Origin: Armatimonadota bacterium | GTDB lineage: Bacteria > Armatimonadota > SYMT01 | Assembly (NCBI GenBank): GCA_041690135.1 | Contig: JAWLHY010000007.1 | Location: forward strand, 32,001 to 96,000 | Direction of reading: 5' to 3' | Length of the DNA stretch: 64,000 bases | Shown: positions 38,315 through 48,700 of the stretch, in pieces | How positions within the stretch are numbered: position 1 is the stretch's first letter | How the letters are laid out: every line of letters begins with the position of its first letter | The notes under the pieces: model-generated | Databases searched by the model: none | Seen by the model: the letters and a program-made list of their open reading frames with translations, nothing else | What the model was told of the DNA's origin: nothing | Program-made: the position numbers and the translations under genes

Positions 38315-39163
38315 ATGCGAACGAGAAACCTCTTCCAGTTGGTGCTGACCTTAGCTGTTTGTCTGTTTGCCGTCGCTGTGGCGGCGACAGCCGATGACGA
38401 CCTGGACCAGCTCCTGGAAAAGGCGCGGTCAGCTGCCCGGAAGGGGGAGCTCACGGAAGCCGTGACGTTGGCTTCCCAAGCGATTGCGACGGATCCCAAA
38501 CGGACGGACGGCTGGATGCTGCGAGCCCAGTTACACACGCTCCGCGCGGAGCACCAGAAGGCTGTCGGGGATTACAGCGAGGTCCTCAAGCGCGATCCGA
38601 AGTCGGCCGCGGCCTGGCAGCGGCGGGGAGAGGCGCACTTCCGGAGCGGTGCGGTAGACAAGTCGATTGCGGACTTCAATCGCTATCTGGCGCTGGCGCC
38701 CGACCAGAAGCCGCACCACTGGCAGCGGGGAATCTCGCTTTACTACGCCGGGCGTTTCGCCGAAGGAAAGCGGCAGTTCGAACTCCACCAATCGGTGAAT
38801 ACCCAGGACGTGGAGAACGCGGTCTGGCACTTTCTCTGCACGGCGCGGGCCGAGAACCTCGCTGCGGCGCGGAAGCAGCTCATCCCGATCGAGGGCGATC
38901 CGCGCATCCCAATGGCGGAGGTGTACCGGCTCTTTGCCGGCAAGGCCACTCCCCGGGACGTGATCGCGGCCGCGGAAGCCGGTCCGGAGCGCACGCGAGC
39001 CGGCGAGCCGATGTTCTACGCGCACCTCTACCTTGGGCTGTACTACGAGGCCGTGGGCGACAAGAAACAGGCTCGCCAGCACATGCAGAAGGCCGCCGCC
39101 CGCGCGCAGCACAACGGCTACATGGGTGACGTGGCGCGGGTGCACTCCGGGATCCTCCAATAA
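38315..39163 (+). CDS. Exported TPR protein (NlpI-like)
   Basis: Signal peptide, TPR helices, WQRGISLYYAG, DVENAVW, FYAHLYLGLY. Confidence 0.85.
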   Translation: MRTRNLFQLVLTLAVCLFAVAVAATADDDLDQLLEKARSAARKGELTEAVTLASQAIATDPKRTDGWMLRAQLHTLRAEHQKAVGDYSEVLKRDPKSAAAWQRRGEAHFRSGAVDKSIADFNRYLALAPDQKPHHWQRGISLYYAGRFAEGKRQFELHQSVNTQDVENAVWHFLCTARAENLAAARKQLIPIEGDPRIPMAEVYRLFAGKATPRDVIAAAEAGPERTRAGEPMFYAHLYLGLYYEAVGDKKQARQHMQKAAARAQHNGYMGDVARVHSGILQ

Positions 39164-39330
39164 CAGACGCCCAACTCTTGTGGTCGATGCACCGGGGCAA
39201 TGCCGGCTCGGGCGGGAACAGACCCTATTCCGGCCAGCCGCAGAACCAGGAGCTTCCCAGGCCGATTCCGCTCACCCGGCATCAAGTATTGACGAACACT
39301 CTGTATTGCGAACTGGTAGACTCCTCTTTG

Positions 39331-39352
39331 CGATGTGACTGAAATCACATCG
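39331..39352. promoter_or_regulatory. CRP/FNR-family-type palindromic site
   Basis: CGATGTGA-ctgaaa-TCACATCG, exact TGTGA-N6-TCACA with extended symmetry. Confidence 0.65.
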
Positions 39353-39713
39353 GCGCTAAGTTGACCCTAAATAATGTGAACCTAACGGGCGAACCGGCGT
39401 CTGTGTAGACAAGCGCCGTCGAGAGGTGGCGGCTGACCGGACAAGTAGACTTTGAGCCGCCGTGAGGAAACCGGTGGATTGAGAGAGGCGGTCACGGGTT
39501 GTGGCGACCCGTGACCGCTGTTGAGAGCACGAGGGTATCGAGTCTCATCTCCTCATTCTGCCCCCTGAACGTTTGCTCCTCTGTCGGGCCCTCGTCATTC
39601 TGGCGAGGGCCGCCCGGTCGCGCGTCTTTCAGCATTCACCGGCCGGGTGCATCCTCAAGTCGCGGGTGGGGGTGACGCCTTCCGGTGTTTCCAGTCGACC
39701 GGAGGAGCGTTCC

Positions 39714-40673
39714 ATGCAGACCCGAATCAGCGGAGCCCGCTCGCGTAACCATTCCCCCGTGGTGCGCAGCTTCCCCACGACCGCTCCGATCGGAGCTTGT
39801 CGGCCGCGGATTCATCCCCGTTTCCAGGCACTGCCGGCCCCGATCATCGTCATCGGCATGCACCGGTGCGGAACAAGCCTGGTGGCGGCCATCCTGGGAA
39901 GTCTTGGCGTTTTCGTGGGCCCGGAATACTTGCGGCTCGCGGCCCACGGCGATGCTCTTGCGTCGGTTGCGGGGATCGCGGAGAGTGGGTACGCGGAGGC
40001 GGAGGCCTTCCGGCTGCTCAATGACCGTTTGCTGGCCCAGGCGGGGGCGAGTTGGGACCGCGTGGAGAACCTCTCGACAGGCGGCCGTGAGTTGTGGCTC
40101 GCCAACGCCGGGCGGACCGCCGCCGCGGCCACTTTCGGAGCGCTCCAGCGGTCGTACCTATCGGCGGCGGGCCGTGATTTCCGGGGCCCCTGGGGCTGGA
40201 AGGACCCGCGTAACAGCCTGACCTTACCCTGCTGGTTACAGTTGTTCCCCGATGCGCGCATCGTGCATGTCCGCCGTAGCCGGCACGGAGCGGTGAACAG
40301 CCTCCACCGCCGCGCCGTCTCCTGGAGCCGGCGCGAACCACCCGTCCTGACCCGAAAGGAGCGTCTCGCCTGGGCACTGCAGCATCCCGTGGCGGCGGCA
40401 GCTACCCTCGCGCGGAAGGCGGGGTTTCTTCCTGCCCCTGTCTCTCTTCCCGACCCCTGCCTCGAACGGGAACACTGCGGGATGCTCTACGACCACTACG
40501 TCGACACTTGCCGCGGCTATGCGTGCCTGGGGAGCCAGTACTCGGAAGTGAGCTACGAGGAGTTGACCGGCGATCCGACGGCCAGTATTCGGCGCCTCGC
40601 GGCCGTGCTGGACCTGCGGGTTTCCGAGTTGGAGTTGGAGAGCGCCGCGCGCCTGGTGCGGGTCAAACAGTGA
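39714..40673 (+). CDS. Sulfotransferase family protein
   Basis: IIVIGMHRCGTS PAPS loop, WGWKDPR, HVRR....V.SL.RR, YEEL..DP; GGAGGA RBS. Confidence 0.88.
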   Translation: MQTRISGARSRNHSPVVRSFPTTAPIGACRPRIHPRFQALPAPIIVIGMHRCGTSLVAAILGSLGVFVGPEYLRLAAHGDALASVAGIAESGYAEAEAFRLLNDRLLAQAGASWDRVENLSTGGRELWLANAGRTAAAATFGALQRSYLSAAGRDFRGPWGWKDPRNSLTLPCWLQLFPDARIVHVRRSRHGAVNSLHRRAVSWSRREPPVLTRKERLAWALQHPVAAAATLARKAGFLPAPVSLPDPCLEREHCGMLYDHYVDTCRGYACLGSQYSEVSYEELTGDPTASIRRLAAVLDLRVSELELESAARLVRVKQ

Positions 40674-40751
40674 TTCACACCCTTTACGGGGAAGAAATCG
40701 CCGCAGGAGAGCCCCCGGAGCGTTCCGAAAGGAACTCCGGGGGCTTCATTG

Positions 40752-43700
40752 ATGAAGGCGGTTCCGTTCGGTTTGGCGGCTGTGGCCGTGGCGGGGGTGG
40801 CAGGGGGATTACGTCCGGCGATCAGTCAGGATAAGGGCTTGAACCCGGCGGTCTCTTCCAAACAAGTGCTGGCGGCGAAAGCCAGCGACATCCTGCGACG
40901 TCGTTGTTTCCAGTGCCACGGCGCGGACGCCATTTCCGGTCTTGACCTCCGGACGCACTCGGCCGCCTTGAGGGGTGGGAAGCGCGGCCCCGCTATCGTT
41001 CCCGGACAGCCGGAGAAGAGCCCCCTCTACCAGTTTGTCGCCGGAAAGGGAGCCGCCTTGATGCCGCCGGCGGGCGCCCTTCATCCCAACGAGTTGGCCC
41101 TACTCCGCCAGTGGATTCAGGCGGGAGCCCCCTGGATGGAGGCCGAGGGACAGAAGGCAGAAGGCAGAAGTCAGAAGGCAGGAGCCGGCGGCGGGAAGCG
41201 GGAAGCAGCCGGGCAGTTCTGGTCGCTGCGACCGGTGCGGAAGCCGCCGCTCCCGCAGGTTCGGAACCGGGCCTGGGTGCGCAACCCGGTCGACGCGTTC
41301 GTGCTGGCGAAGCTGGAAGCAAGCGGCCTCGCGCCGGCGCCCCCGGCCGGCCGTCGGGAGTTGATCCGGAGACTCAGTTTCGACCTGACGGGCCTTCCTC
41401 CCACACCGGAGGAAGTGGACGCGTTCGTTCGGGACGCCCGGCCGGATGCTTACGAACGGCTCGTCGACCGCCTCCTGGCCTCGCCTCACTATGGGGAGCG
41501 GTGGGCGCGCCACTGGCTGGACGTAGTCCGTTTTGCCGAGAGCCAGGGCTTCGAACGGGACAAGATCCGCGAACATGCCTGGCGGTACCGCGACTACGTC
41601 ATCGATGCCTTCAACCGGGATAAGCCCTACGACCGGTTCATCAAGGAGCAGATCGCGGGCGACCTGTTGCCGGCTCCTCCGGGTTTACCGGGGGCCAATG
41701 CCGCCCACGAGGGGATCATCGCGACCGGCTTTCTGGTGGCGGGTCCCTGGGACGAAGTCGGAAACAACCAGGCCAGCCAGGTAATGCGGGCGCGGGTGCG
41801 CGAGGATGAGCTGGAAGACATCGTCAGCGCCACGGCGCAGACGTTCCTGGGGCTGACGGTCAACTGCGCGCGGTGCCACGACCACAAGTTCGATCCGATC
41901 CCGCAGCGGGATTACTACCGGTTCCAGGCGGCCCTGGCGGGCGTGCGGCACGGAGACCGCCCGGTGCTGACGACAGCCGAGCAGCGCGCAAGCGATGAGG
42001 AGAAGGCATCGCTCAAGTCTCGTCTCGACCAGGTCAACGCGGCCATCGCGCGGATCGAAAGTGCGGCGCGGGCACGGGTGGCGGCGCGCCATGCTAAGGA
42101 GAAGCGGCCGAGATCGGTCCCCAACGACCTGCCGAGCCCTTTGCTCCGGTGGACTTTCGAAGAGGGGACCACGGACACGGAGAGAGGGATTCGCCTGGAG
42201 CTGAAAGGCGGCGCCAATCTCCGGAACGGGCGGCTGCTTCTGGATGGGATGAGCGGCCGAGCCCTATCGAGCCCCCTGCCGTTCGCCGTTGTGGCACGTA
42301 CCCTCGAAGCGTGGGTAGCCCTCGGTTCTCTCGACCAACGCGGGGGCAGCGTCCTCACCCTGGAAGATCTGAAGGGAAATCTGTTCGACGGGATCGTCTT
42401 TGGCGAGCGTCAGCCGCGCAAGTGGATCTCCGGGAGCAGCTTCTTTTCCCGCACACGCGATCTGGAAGGTCCCGAGGAAACCGCGGGACCGGACGAGTTG
42501 GTCCACCTGGCGATTACCTATGCCGAAGATGACCGCATCACGGTCTACCGGAACGGCAAGATCTATGCCCCCGGCTACGTGCCCGTCGGCGCGGCGGATG
42601 CGTCGCTGCGGCGGTACGCCGAAAGGGCCTCGCGTGTCCTTCTGGGCCTCCGGCACAGCGCCGGCGCAACTCCGGGCGGAAACCGCTGGTTCAAGGGGGA
42701 GATCGAGGAAGCGCGTGTTTATGCACGTGCCTTGACGGCGGAAGAGGTCAGTCGTTCGTTCCAGCACGGCCCACCCACCATTACCGAGGCGGAGATTCGG
42801 GCCGCCCTGACGGATGAGGAATTGCGAGAGCACACAAGGTTGAATGCCGATAGCGGCCGCATTCGGGGACGCCTGACCGAGCTCGACAGCCCGCCGATGG
42901 CGTATGCGGCTCTCTCGAAGGAGCCGGAGCCGGTGCATCTCCTCGAGCGCGGAGACGTACAGAAGAAGGCGGAGCGGGTCAGCCCGGCGGGTCTTTCCTG
43001 CATCGGGGATCCTTCCGCGGACTTCGGCCTCTCCCCCGAAGCATCGGATGCACAACGCCGTCTGCGCCTTGCCGAGTGGATCGCCCACCCGGCGAACCCG
43101 CTCACGCCGCGGGTGATGGTCAACCGCGTGTGGCAGTACCATTTCGGCCAGGGGATTGTCGGAACCCCCAGCGACTTCGGCGTCATGGGCGAGCGCCCGA
43201 CGCACCCGGAACTTCTGGACTACCTGGCCTCCGTCTTCGCCGGCCCCAACCCCCGGCCCCTGGCCCCCAACCCCGCCGAAGGCATGGGCTGGAGTCTCAA
43301 AAAGCTCCATCGCTTCATCGTCACCAGTAGCACCTACCGGCAGAGCACGAAGGGGAATGAGAAAGCGGCGGCGCTGGACGTGGATAACCGGCTTCTGTGG
43401 CGGATGTCGCCGCGGCGCCTGGAGGCGGAGGAGATCCGGGATGCGGTCCTGTCGGTGAGTGGCAAGTTGAACCCGAAGCGCGGCGGTCCCGGTTTCCGGC
43501 CATTCAGCGTGACGGTCAGCAATAGCCACTTCTATACCTACGAGGACCGCGTGGGGCCGGAGTACGAGCGGCGGAGCATCTACCGGACCGTGGTCAACAG
43601 CGGCGGCATTCCGCTTCTCGAGGTATTCGATTGCCCGGACCCCAGCGTGAAGACGCCTCGCCGCAGCAGCACGACCACGCCGCTACAGGCCCTCTCGCTC

Positions 43701-43928
43701 CTGAACAACTCCTTCGTGTTGCGCCAGACTCGCGAACTCGCCGCCCGCCTGGAACGAGAGGTCGGGGCCGACCCGGCCCGCCAGGTGGACCGCGTCTACC
43801 GTCTCTGCTTCGCGCGCCCGCCGGAGGGTCGGGAGTCGACCCGAGCCGTGGCTTTCGTGAAGGAACACGGTCTTCCGGCATTGTGCCGGGTGCTCTTCAA
43901 CACGAGTGAGTTCGTGTTCGTGCGGTGA
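40752..43928 (+). CDS. PSCyt1 + DUF1549 + LamG + DUF1553 protein (second paralog)
   Basis: CFQCHG, RNPVDAF, DLTGLPP, YGERWARHWLD, CARCHDHKFDP, GEIEEARVY, HPELLDYLA, TPLQAL.LLN. Confidence 0.93.
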   Translation: MKAVPFGLAAVAVAGVAGGLRPAISQDKGLNPAVSSKQVLAAKASDILRRRCFQCHGADAISGLDLRTHSAALRGGKRGPAIVPGQPEKSPLYQFVAGKGAALMPPAGALHPNELALLRQWIQAGAPWMEAEGQKAEGRSQKAGAGGGKREAAGQFWSLRPVRKPPLPQVRNRAWVRNPVDAFVLAKLEASGLAPAPPAGRRELIRRLSFDLTGLPPTPEEVDAFVRDARPDAYERLVDRLLASPHYGERWARHWLDVVRFAESQGFERDKIREHAWRYRDYVIDAFNRDKPYDRFIKEQIAGDLLPAPPGLPGANAAHEGIIATGFLVAGPWDEVGNNQASQVMRARVREDELEDIVSATAQTFLGLTVNCARCHDHKFDPIPQRDYYRFQAALAGVRHGDRPVLTTAEQRASDEEKASLKSRLDQVNAAIARIESAARARVAARHAKEKRPRSVPNDLPSPLLRWTFEEGTTDTERGIRLELKGGANLRNGRLLLDGMSGRALSSPLPFAVVARTLEAWVALGSLDQRGGSVLTLEDLKGNLFDGIVFGERQPRKWISGSSFFSRTRDLEGPEETAGPDELVHLAITYAEDDRITVYRNGKIYAPGYVPVGAADASLRRYAERASRVLLGLRHSAGATPGGNRWFKGEIEEARVYARALTAEEVSRSFQHGPPTITEAEIRAALTDEELREHTRLNADSGRIRGRLTELDSPPMAYAALSKEPEPVHLLERGDVQKKAERVSPAGLSCIGDPSADFGLSPEASDAQRRLRLAEWIAHPANPLTPRVMVNRVWQYHFGQGIVGTPSDFGVMGERPTHPELLDYLASVFAGPNPRPLAPNPAEGMGWSLKKLHRFIVTSSTYRQSTKGNEKAAALDVDNRLLWRMSPRRLEAEEIRDAVLSVSGKLNPKRGGPGFRPFSVTVSNSHFYTYEDRVGPEYERRSIYRTVVNSGGIPLLEVFDCPDPSVKTPRRSSTTTPLQALSLLNNSFVLRQTRELAARLEREVGADPARQVDRVYRLCFARPPEGRESTRAVAFVKEHGLPALCRVLFNTSEFVFVR

Positions 43929-44025
43929 ACTTTACTTCAGGATGAAGCCGTCCAATCTCACCAGGTAGCCAGTGGAACGGGCGTCTTGCGGGGCACGAGC
44001 GAGGACGAGAACGAAACTGTAACGG

Positions 44026-45120
44026 GTGCAGGAAAGCGATGAGAGGCCCGCGAAGGGAATCCCATCGGAAGGCCAGGCTTCCCGGCCACCTTCACCAGAA
44101 GGCCGGCCTTTGCAGCAGGCGGCAGCGATGCACGAACCTCTTCCAGCGCCGAGGCCCGAGAACACACGACGGGACTTGCTCTACGATCCCCAAGGCGAAA
44201 CCTGTTCACGGGTGCCCGTCTTTCGTCATCCCTTCTACCGGAAACTACAGCCAGCCTGTTATCTGGTAATGCCGGCGCTGCTGCTCCTCTCGTTGTTTGT
44301 CAGCCCGCCGTACAGCTTCTTTGCGGCGCTTTGCGGATCGGTGTTGTTCCTGGGAGTTGTGTGGCTGTCGCTGTTTGCGGCGCACCAGCACGGCAGTCTC
44401 GCGGCTGCCTGGGAGCGTGGGGTGCGGCGAGCGCTGGGCCTGCGGTTCCTCTGTCCGGAGTGTTTACGTTTCGGTCCCGTGCGTCACGCGTGTGGAGCGT
44501 GCGGCGGTGAGTTGGAGCCGTTTGTCATCCACACGCGCGGGCTCTATCTCAACGATTGTGCCCGCTGCCGGGCGCGGATCTTCCCCACTTCGTGGGCGGC
44601 CGGAACCCCGCCGAATGCGCGCTGTAACGGCTGCGGCGCGATGCTGAACGCCAACCTTCATTCGCTCCGAGTTCGGGTGGTGGGCGTGCTGTGCCCCAGC
44701 GATCTGGAAGCCGTCGCGGAAGAAGTAGACACCTCCGCACATTACGGCTGGGGTGGGGGTCATCTCTACCATGACCTCGGGACGGAGAGGGTCTACGTGT
44801 TGGATGTGGCCGAAGTGGAGCCGGAAGGTGACTTTTTCTCCGAGCGGCACGCAGCGCGGGAAGTGGAAGCGTTGTGGCTCGATGCTGTTCTGGATGAACC
44901 GCTGAACCTGGGAGAGACCCTCGATCGCTTTTTCCGGCGGGCCGGAATATCGGAGGCGCGGCGTAAGGTCCTACCCGTATTCATCGCGCGAAAAGAGCTT
45001 GCCCCGGCCGTACGCAACGTCCTCGCGGGACGCCTGGGTTGCCTGACCTTCGGGGCCACCCCGCACGCTGCACTGCGTCTCAGGGCAAAACCGGGCAAGC
45101 CAGGCGAACGAGGGGCGTAG
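44026..45120 (+). CDS. Membrane protein with four CxxC motifs followed by a degenerate alpha/beta (P-loop-like) domain
   Basis: Two TM helices; CPEC, CGAC, CARC, CNGC; VRVVGV and VYVLDVA strands; start may be ATG 44128. Confidence 0.6.
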   Translation: MQESDERPAKGIPSEGQASRPPSPEGRPLQQAAAMHEPLPAPRPENTRRDLLYDPQGETCSRVPVFRHPFYRKLQPACYLVMPALLLLSLFVSPPYSFFAALCGSVLFLGVVWLSLFAAHQHGSLAAAWERGVRRALGLRFLCPECLRFGPVRHACGACGGELEPFVIHTRGLYLNDCARCRARIFPTSWAAGTPPNARCNGCGAMLNANLHSLRVRVVGVLCPSDLEAVAEEVDTSAHYGWGGGHLYHDLGTERVYVLDVAEVEPEGDFFSERHAAREVEALWLDAVLDEPLNLGETLDRFFRRAGISEARRKVLPVFIARKELAPAVRNVLAGRLGCLTFGATPHAALRLRAKPGKPGERGA

Positions 45121-45298
45121 GTTCTTCGAAGAAGCCGATCGTCGGGCTGTGTAGCCAACGTCGCCCGGCAGATGCAAGGTCCACCGGGTGAGGCGCTATC
45201 CCCATGATGGAGAGGGACCTCCTCCGCCATCTCGCCCCGGGGAGGTCAATAAGGTCAGGAGTCCGTTCTCCGGAGAACGGACTCCTGACCGCCGACCA

Positions 45299-46999
45299 TC
45301 ATCCCACCATGGGGAAGAGGGTGGCCGCGACGAGGATGACCAGGAAGCCCACGACGCCCATGACGGCGAGCGTGGTGGTGATATACCGCAGCCCTTCCAT
45401 CTCTTTCATTCCACTCATCTTGGTGACCACCCAGAATCCGCTGTCGTTCATCCACCCGATGGGGAGGGCGCCGCAGCCGATCGAGAGGGCGAGATAGACG
45501 GGATGGCAGCCGATCCCCTGGCTCGCTACGCCCGCAAAGATGCCCGCGGTCGTGATCATGGCCACGGTCGAAGATCCCTGGGCGGTGCGGACGGCACTGG
45601 ACACCAGGAATGCGAGGGTGAGCAGCACAACCGGCGAAGTGCGCGGCATCTGGGTGATCAGGCCGGCAACCCCGGTCTGCTGGAGCACGGCGCCGAATGC
45701 CCCACCCGCCGCGGTGATGAGGATGATGCCGCCCGCGTCGGCCAGCGCGGTTTCCACATCCCGGGCCATGGTCTCGCGGCTCGGGCGGCGCGCCCAGACG
45801 AGCGTGCCCATGCCGATCACCGCCGCCAGGACCAGCGCGATGTTCTTATCACCAAGTGTCTCCGCCCACGGTTTCATGGCGGGTGAGGGCTCCCAACCCG
45901 TGGTCTTCAGGATCGTGTAGCCGCCCATCAAGATCACGGGAAGCACGATCGGCAGCAGGGACAACCAGGTCGGGGGAAGCTTCACCTCTGCCGGTTCTCC
46001 CGACTCCCCCGACTCCTTCAGTTCCTCTAGCGATAGGTCCGCCGATTCCCGCAGCGGTAGTGTCCACCTCCGGTTCAGGTAGAGCGCGAAGAGGTAACCA
46101 GCGATGGCCGCTACCATACCGACCACCGAGCCCACCAGGATCATCTGGCCGACGCTCACTCCCAATTGCTCCGCCACGAGCAGGGGGCCGGGCGTGGGCG
46201 GGACCAGCGTGTGCGCGATAGCTCCGCCGGCCAGAATGGTCAAAATATAAAGAAGGTAGTTTCGGCCCGTGCGCAGGCCGATGGCCCGGGCGAGCGGGAC
46301 CATCAGGTAGAAAACCGTATCGAAGAAGACCGGCACACCCAGCAGGAAACTGCTTGAGAGGAAGGCGACGGGAGCGCCGCGTTCTCCCGTGATCCGGAGC
46401 GCGCTCTGGACGATCCGGTCGGCCGCCCCGCTCTTCAGCAGGCACATCCCGATGATCGAAGCCATGGCGATCAGGATGCCGATGTTGATGCAGGTGGTGC
46501 CGAATCCGGTGGCGACGCGCAGGCCGACGTTCTGGCTGGCCGCCTTCATCGCGCTGCTGAATGCAGCCGGCTGGATCGCGAGATCGCCGCTCACAGGCAG
46601 CCACTCTACCCCTCCGCGAATGCTTGCCACCGCCTGCTGAATGCGTTCTCCCTTCGCATTGACCACTTCCTCGAACCGGTCGACCTGCAGCTCGCCCACA
46701 CTCTCGTAGTGGCCGCTGGCGCTACTCCGCCGGGTTATGAGGTAAAGGACGCCGGGACGCGTTTCCTTCTCCGAGAGCTTCAGCGTCACCTCGCGAGCGC
46801 TCTCGTTCACTGCGGCCACCGTCGCCGCTTCCTTCTGGATCGCGTAGCGTTCGACATTAACCGCGGGGGTGAGCGTGCCCACCAGAAGGGCGCCGAGAAG
46901 GAGCGCGAGGAATGCGTGCAGCCGCAGGAGCAGCACGCCGCCCACCACGACCAGAACACCCGCCAACAAGATTACCAGGGTACCCCAGGCTGACTCCAT
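45299..46999 (-). CDS. GntP family permease with extracytoplasmic insertion
   Basis: LHAFLALL, SGAADRI, PVFFDTVF, VPPTPGPL, LITAAGGAFG, AQGSSTVAM, NDSGFWVV. Confidence 0.92.
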   Translation of the reverse strand: MESAWGTLVILLAGVLVVVGGVLLLRLHAFLALLLGALLVGTLTPAVNVERYAIQKEAATVAAVNESAREVTLKLSEKETRPGVLYLITRRSSASGHYESVGELQVDRFEEVVNAKGERIQQAVASIRGGVEWLPVSGDLAIQPAAFSSAMKAASQNVGLRVATGFGTTCINIGILIAMASIIGMCLLKSGAADRIVQSALRITGERGAPVAFLSSSFLLGVPVFFDTVFYLMVPLARAIGLRTGRNYLLYILTILAGGAIAHTLVPPTPGPLLVAEQLGVSVGQMILVGSVVGMVAAIAGYLFALYLNRRWTLPLRESADLSLEELKESGESGEPAEVKLPPTWLSLLPIVLPVILMGGYTILKTTGWEPSPAMKPWAETLGDKNIALVLAAVIGMGTLVWARRPSRETMARDVETALADAGGIILITAAGGAFGAVLQQTGVAGLITQMPRTSPVVLLTLAFLVSSAVRTAQGSSTVAMITTAGIFAGVASQGIGCHPVYLALSIGCGALPIGWMNDSGFWVVTKMSGMKEMEGLRYITTTLAVMGVVGFLVILVAATLFPMVG

Positions 47000-47375
47000 A
47001 AATCCAAACTACAACTTTCCTGTAACTCTGGCCGTGTATAACAACAGCCAGTACTCATTACGCATGCAGTTCCGATATGCGCACACGGCACGAACATCTA
47101 CTAATGTCGGTGGAAATGGGGCGCATTCCCTCCTTGCCCGTGGATCGGAGAGTGGGCCGCAGCAGGTCCCGGTTCCCCTGAAAAGCCGGTGCGACCCGGG
47201 CGTATCGAGGCATGGACCCGACGAGGGAAATGGGCAGACCAGTTTAGCTGCGGCGGGAGGGTCGGGGGGTAAGCGTATCTCAACGGAAGTGAACGGGGTC
47301 CTGCGGGCTGCGTCATGGCGGGTATTGTAAGGAGCCTCCTACCTTCCTCGGGCTTCGGGCGTTGTTCCGGAAGGC

Positions 47376-47642
47376 ATGCTAGAGAAGGCTGCCGAACGAA
47401 CTGTCCGGGCAGCGGCCTGGGCACGAGCGGCTTCGGCCACCGATAATGAGGATCGGGTCTTCTGCCTGCTCACCCTCACGGCAGCCGGCGAGCAGAACCT
47501 GGGGAGCGCGGTCCACGAGCTGCGCGAGAACCAGCAGGAAGAGGGCGGTTGGTAGCAGCTTGACGGGCAGACGGTGGATGCCTATGCTACCGGGAGTGCG
47601 CCGGACGCGCTCGCCTGCACCCCGAAGCAGATAGAACGTTGA
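47376..47642 (+). pseudogene. Fragment of a prenyltransferase/squalene-cyclase (QW) repeat protein with internal stop
   Basis: Translated by hand: ...RAAAW...TDNEDRVF.LL.L...AVHELRENQQEEGGW*QLDGQTVDAYATG..; TAG at 47553. Confidence 0.65.
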
Positions 47643-47685
47643 AGTTTTATGTACCCGTTCAAAGGCGAGGGAGCGAGTTCAAGGG

Positions 47686-48663
47686 ATGAATCGACGTGAG
47701 TTTCAAGGGGCGCTGTTGACCCTGTTGAGTGGAGCGGGGACCCAGGCATGGGCGGCGGACCCAATGCCGGTGATTACGGACCCCGAAAGCGCAGGGCCCG
47801 ATTACCTGGTGCAGGGCGAGTACCTCGGAGCGGCCGGCGGGCAGCGGCTGGGATGCCAGGTCATCGCCATGGGCAACGCCAACTTTAAAGCGGTTTTTCT
47901 GCCGGGTGGGCTGCCGGGGGACGGTTGGGACGGAAAGATGCGAGTGCGCCTGGATGGGAAAACCGACGGGGCTTCCACTTTCTTCCCCGGCCTGGGATAC
48001 AACGGCAGCATCGTCGACGGAAGGCTCAAAGGCAAGACGGACCGCGGTGTGGAGTTCAGTCTCAAGAAGGTAGCTCGCCGTAGCCCCACGGAAGGCGCTA
48101 TGCCGCCCGCCGGAGCCCGCGTGCTGTTCGACGGCAGCGGACTGGAAGCTTGGGAAGGCGCCCGCATGACCGAAGACCGCTTGCTGCAGGCCGGCTTCCG
48201 CACGAAGGATAGCTTCACCGACTTCACGCTCCACCTGGAGTTCCGTACCCCCTTCAAGCCCCTGGCGCGAGGCCAGAGCCGGGGCAACAGCGGCGTCTAC
48301 ATCCTCGGGCGTTATGAGGTCCAGATCCTCGACTCATTTGGTCTCGACGGCCTGATCAATGAGTGCGGGGCCATTTACACCCGCCGCGCGCCGGACGTAA
48401 ACATGTGCTATCCGCCGCTGTCGTGGCAGACCTACGATATCGACTTCCAGGCCGCCCGGTACGATTCGACCGGTCAGAAGACGAAGAATGCCCAGATCAC
48501 GGTCCGTCATAACGGCGTGGCGGTTCACGATAACGTGGCCATCCCTGGGCCCACGGGCGGAGCGAACCGGCGCCCGGAGACGGGCACCCCGGCTCCGATC
48601 ACCATCCAGAACCACGGCAATCCGGTCCACCTGCGCAATATCTGGATTGTGCCGCGCGCCTGA
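47686..48663 (+). CDS. DUF1080 (3-keto-disaccharide hydrolase family) protein, Tat-like signal
   Basis: MNRREF, LFDG, DFTLHLEF, GNSGVY, YEVQILDS, WQTYDI, QNHGNPV..RNIW. Confidence 0.9.
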   Translation: MNRREFQGALLTLLSGAGTQAWAADPMPVITDPESAGPDYLVQGEYLGAAGGQRLGCQVIAMGNANFKAVFLPGGLPGDGWDGKMRVRLDGKTDGASTFFPGLGYNGSIVDGRLKGKTDRGVEFSLKKVARRSPTEGAMPPAGARVLFDGSGLEAWEGARMTEDRLLQAGFRTKDSFTDFTLHLEFRTPFKPLARGQSRGNSGVYILGRYEVQILDSFGLDGLINECGAIYTRRAPDVNMCYPPLSWQTYDIDFQAARYDSTGQKTKNAQITVRHNGVAVHDNVAIPGPTGGANRRPETGTPAPITIQNHGNPVHLRNIWIVPRA

Positions 48664-48700
48664 CATCCGGTACTCTGCTTTTTAAAAGGTGTTCAGTTCA

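Noticed and set aside
47553-47555. TAG read-through (pyrrolysine or recoding)
   Set aside because: The surrounding fragment is also frameshifted and truncated, and other genes here end normally in TAG, so pseudogene decay is simpler
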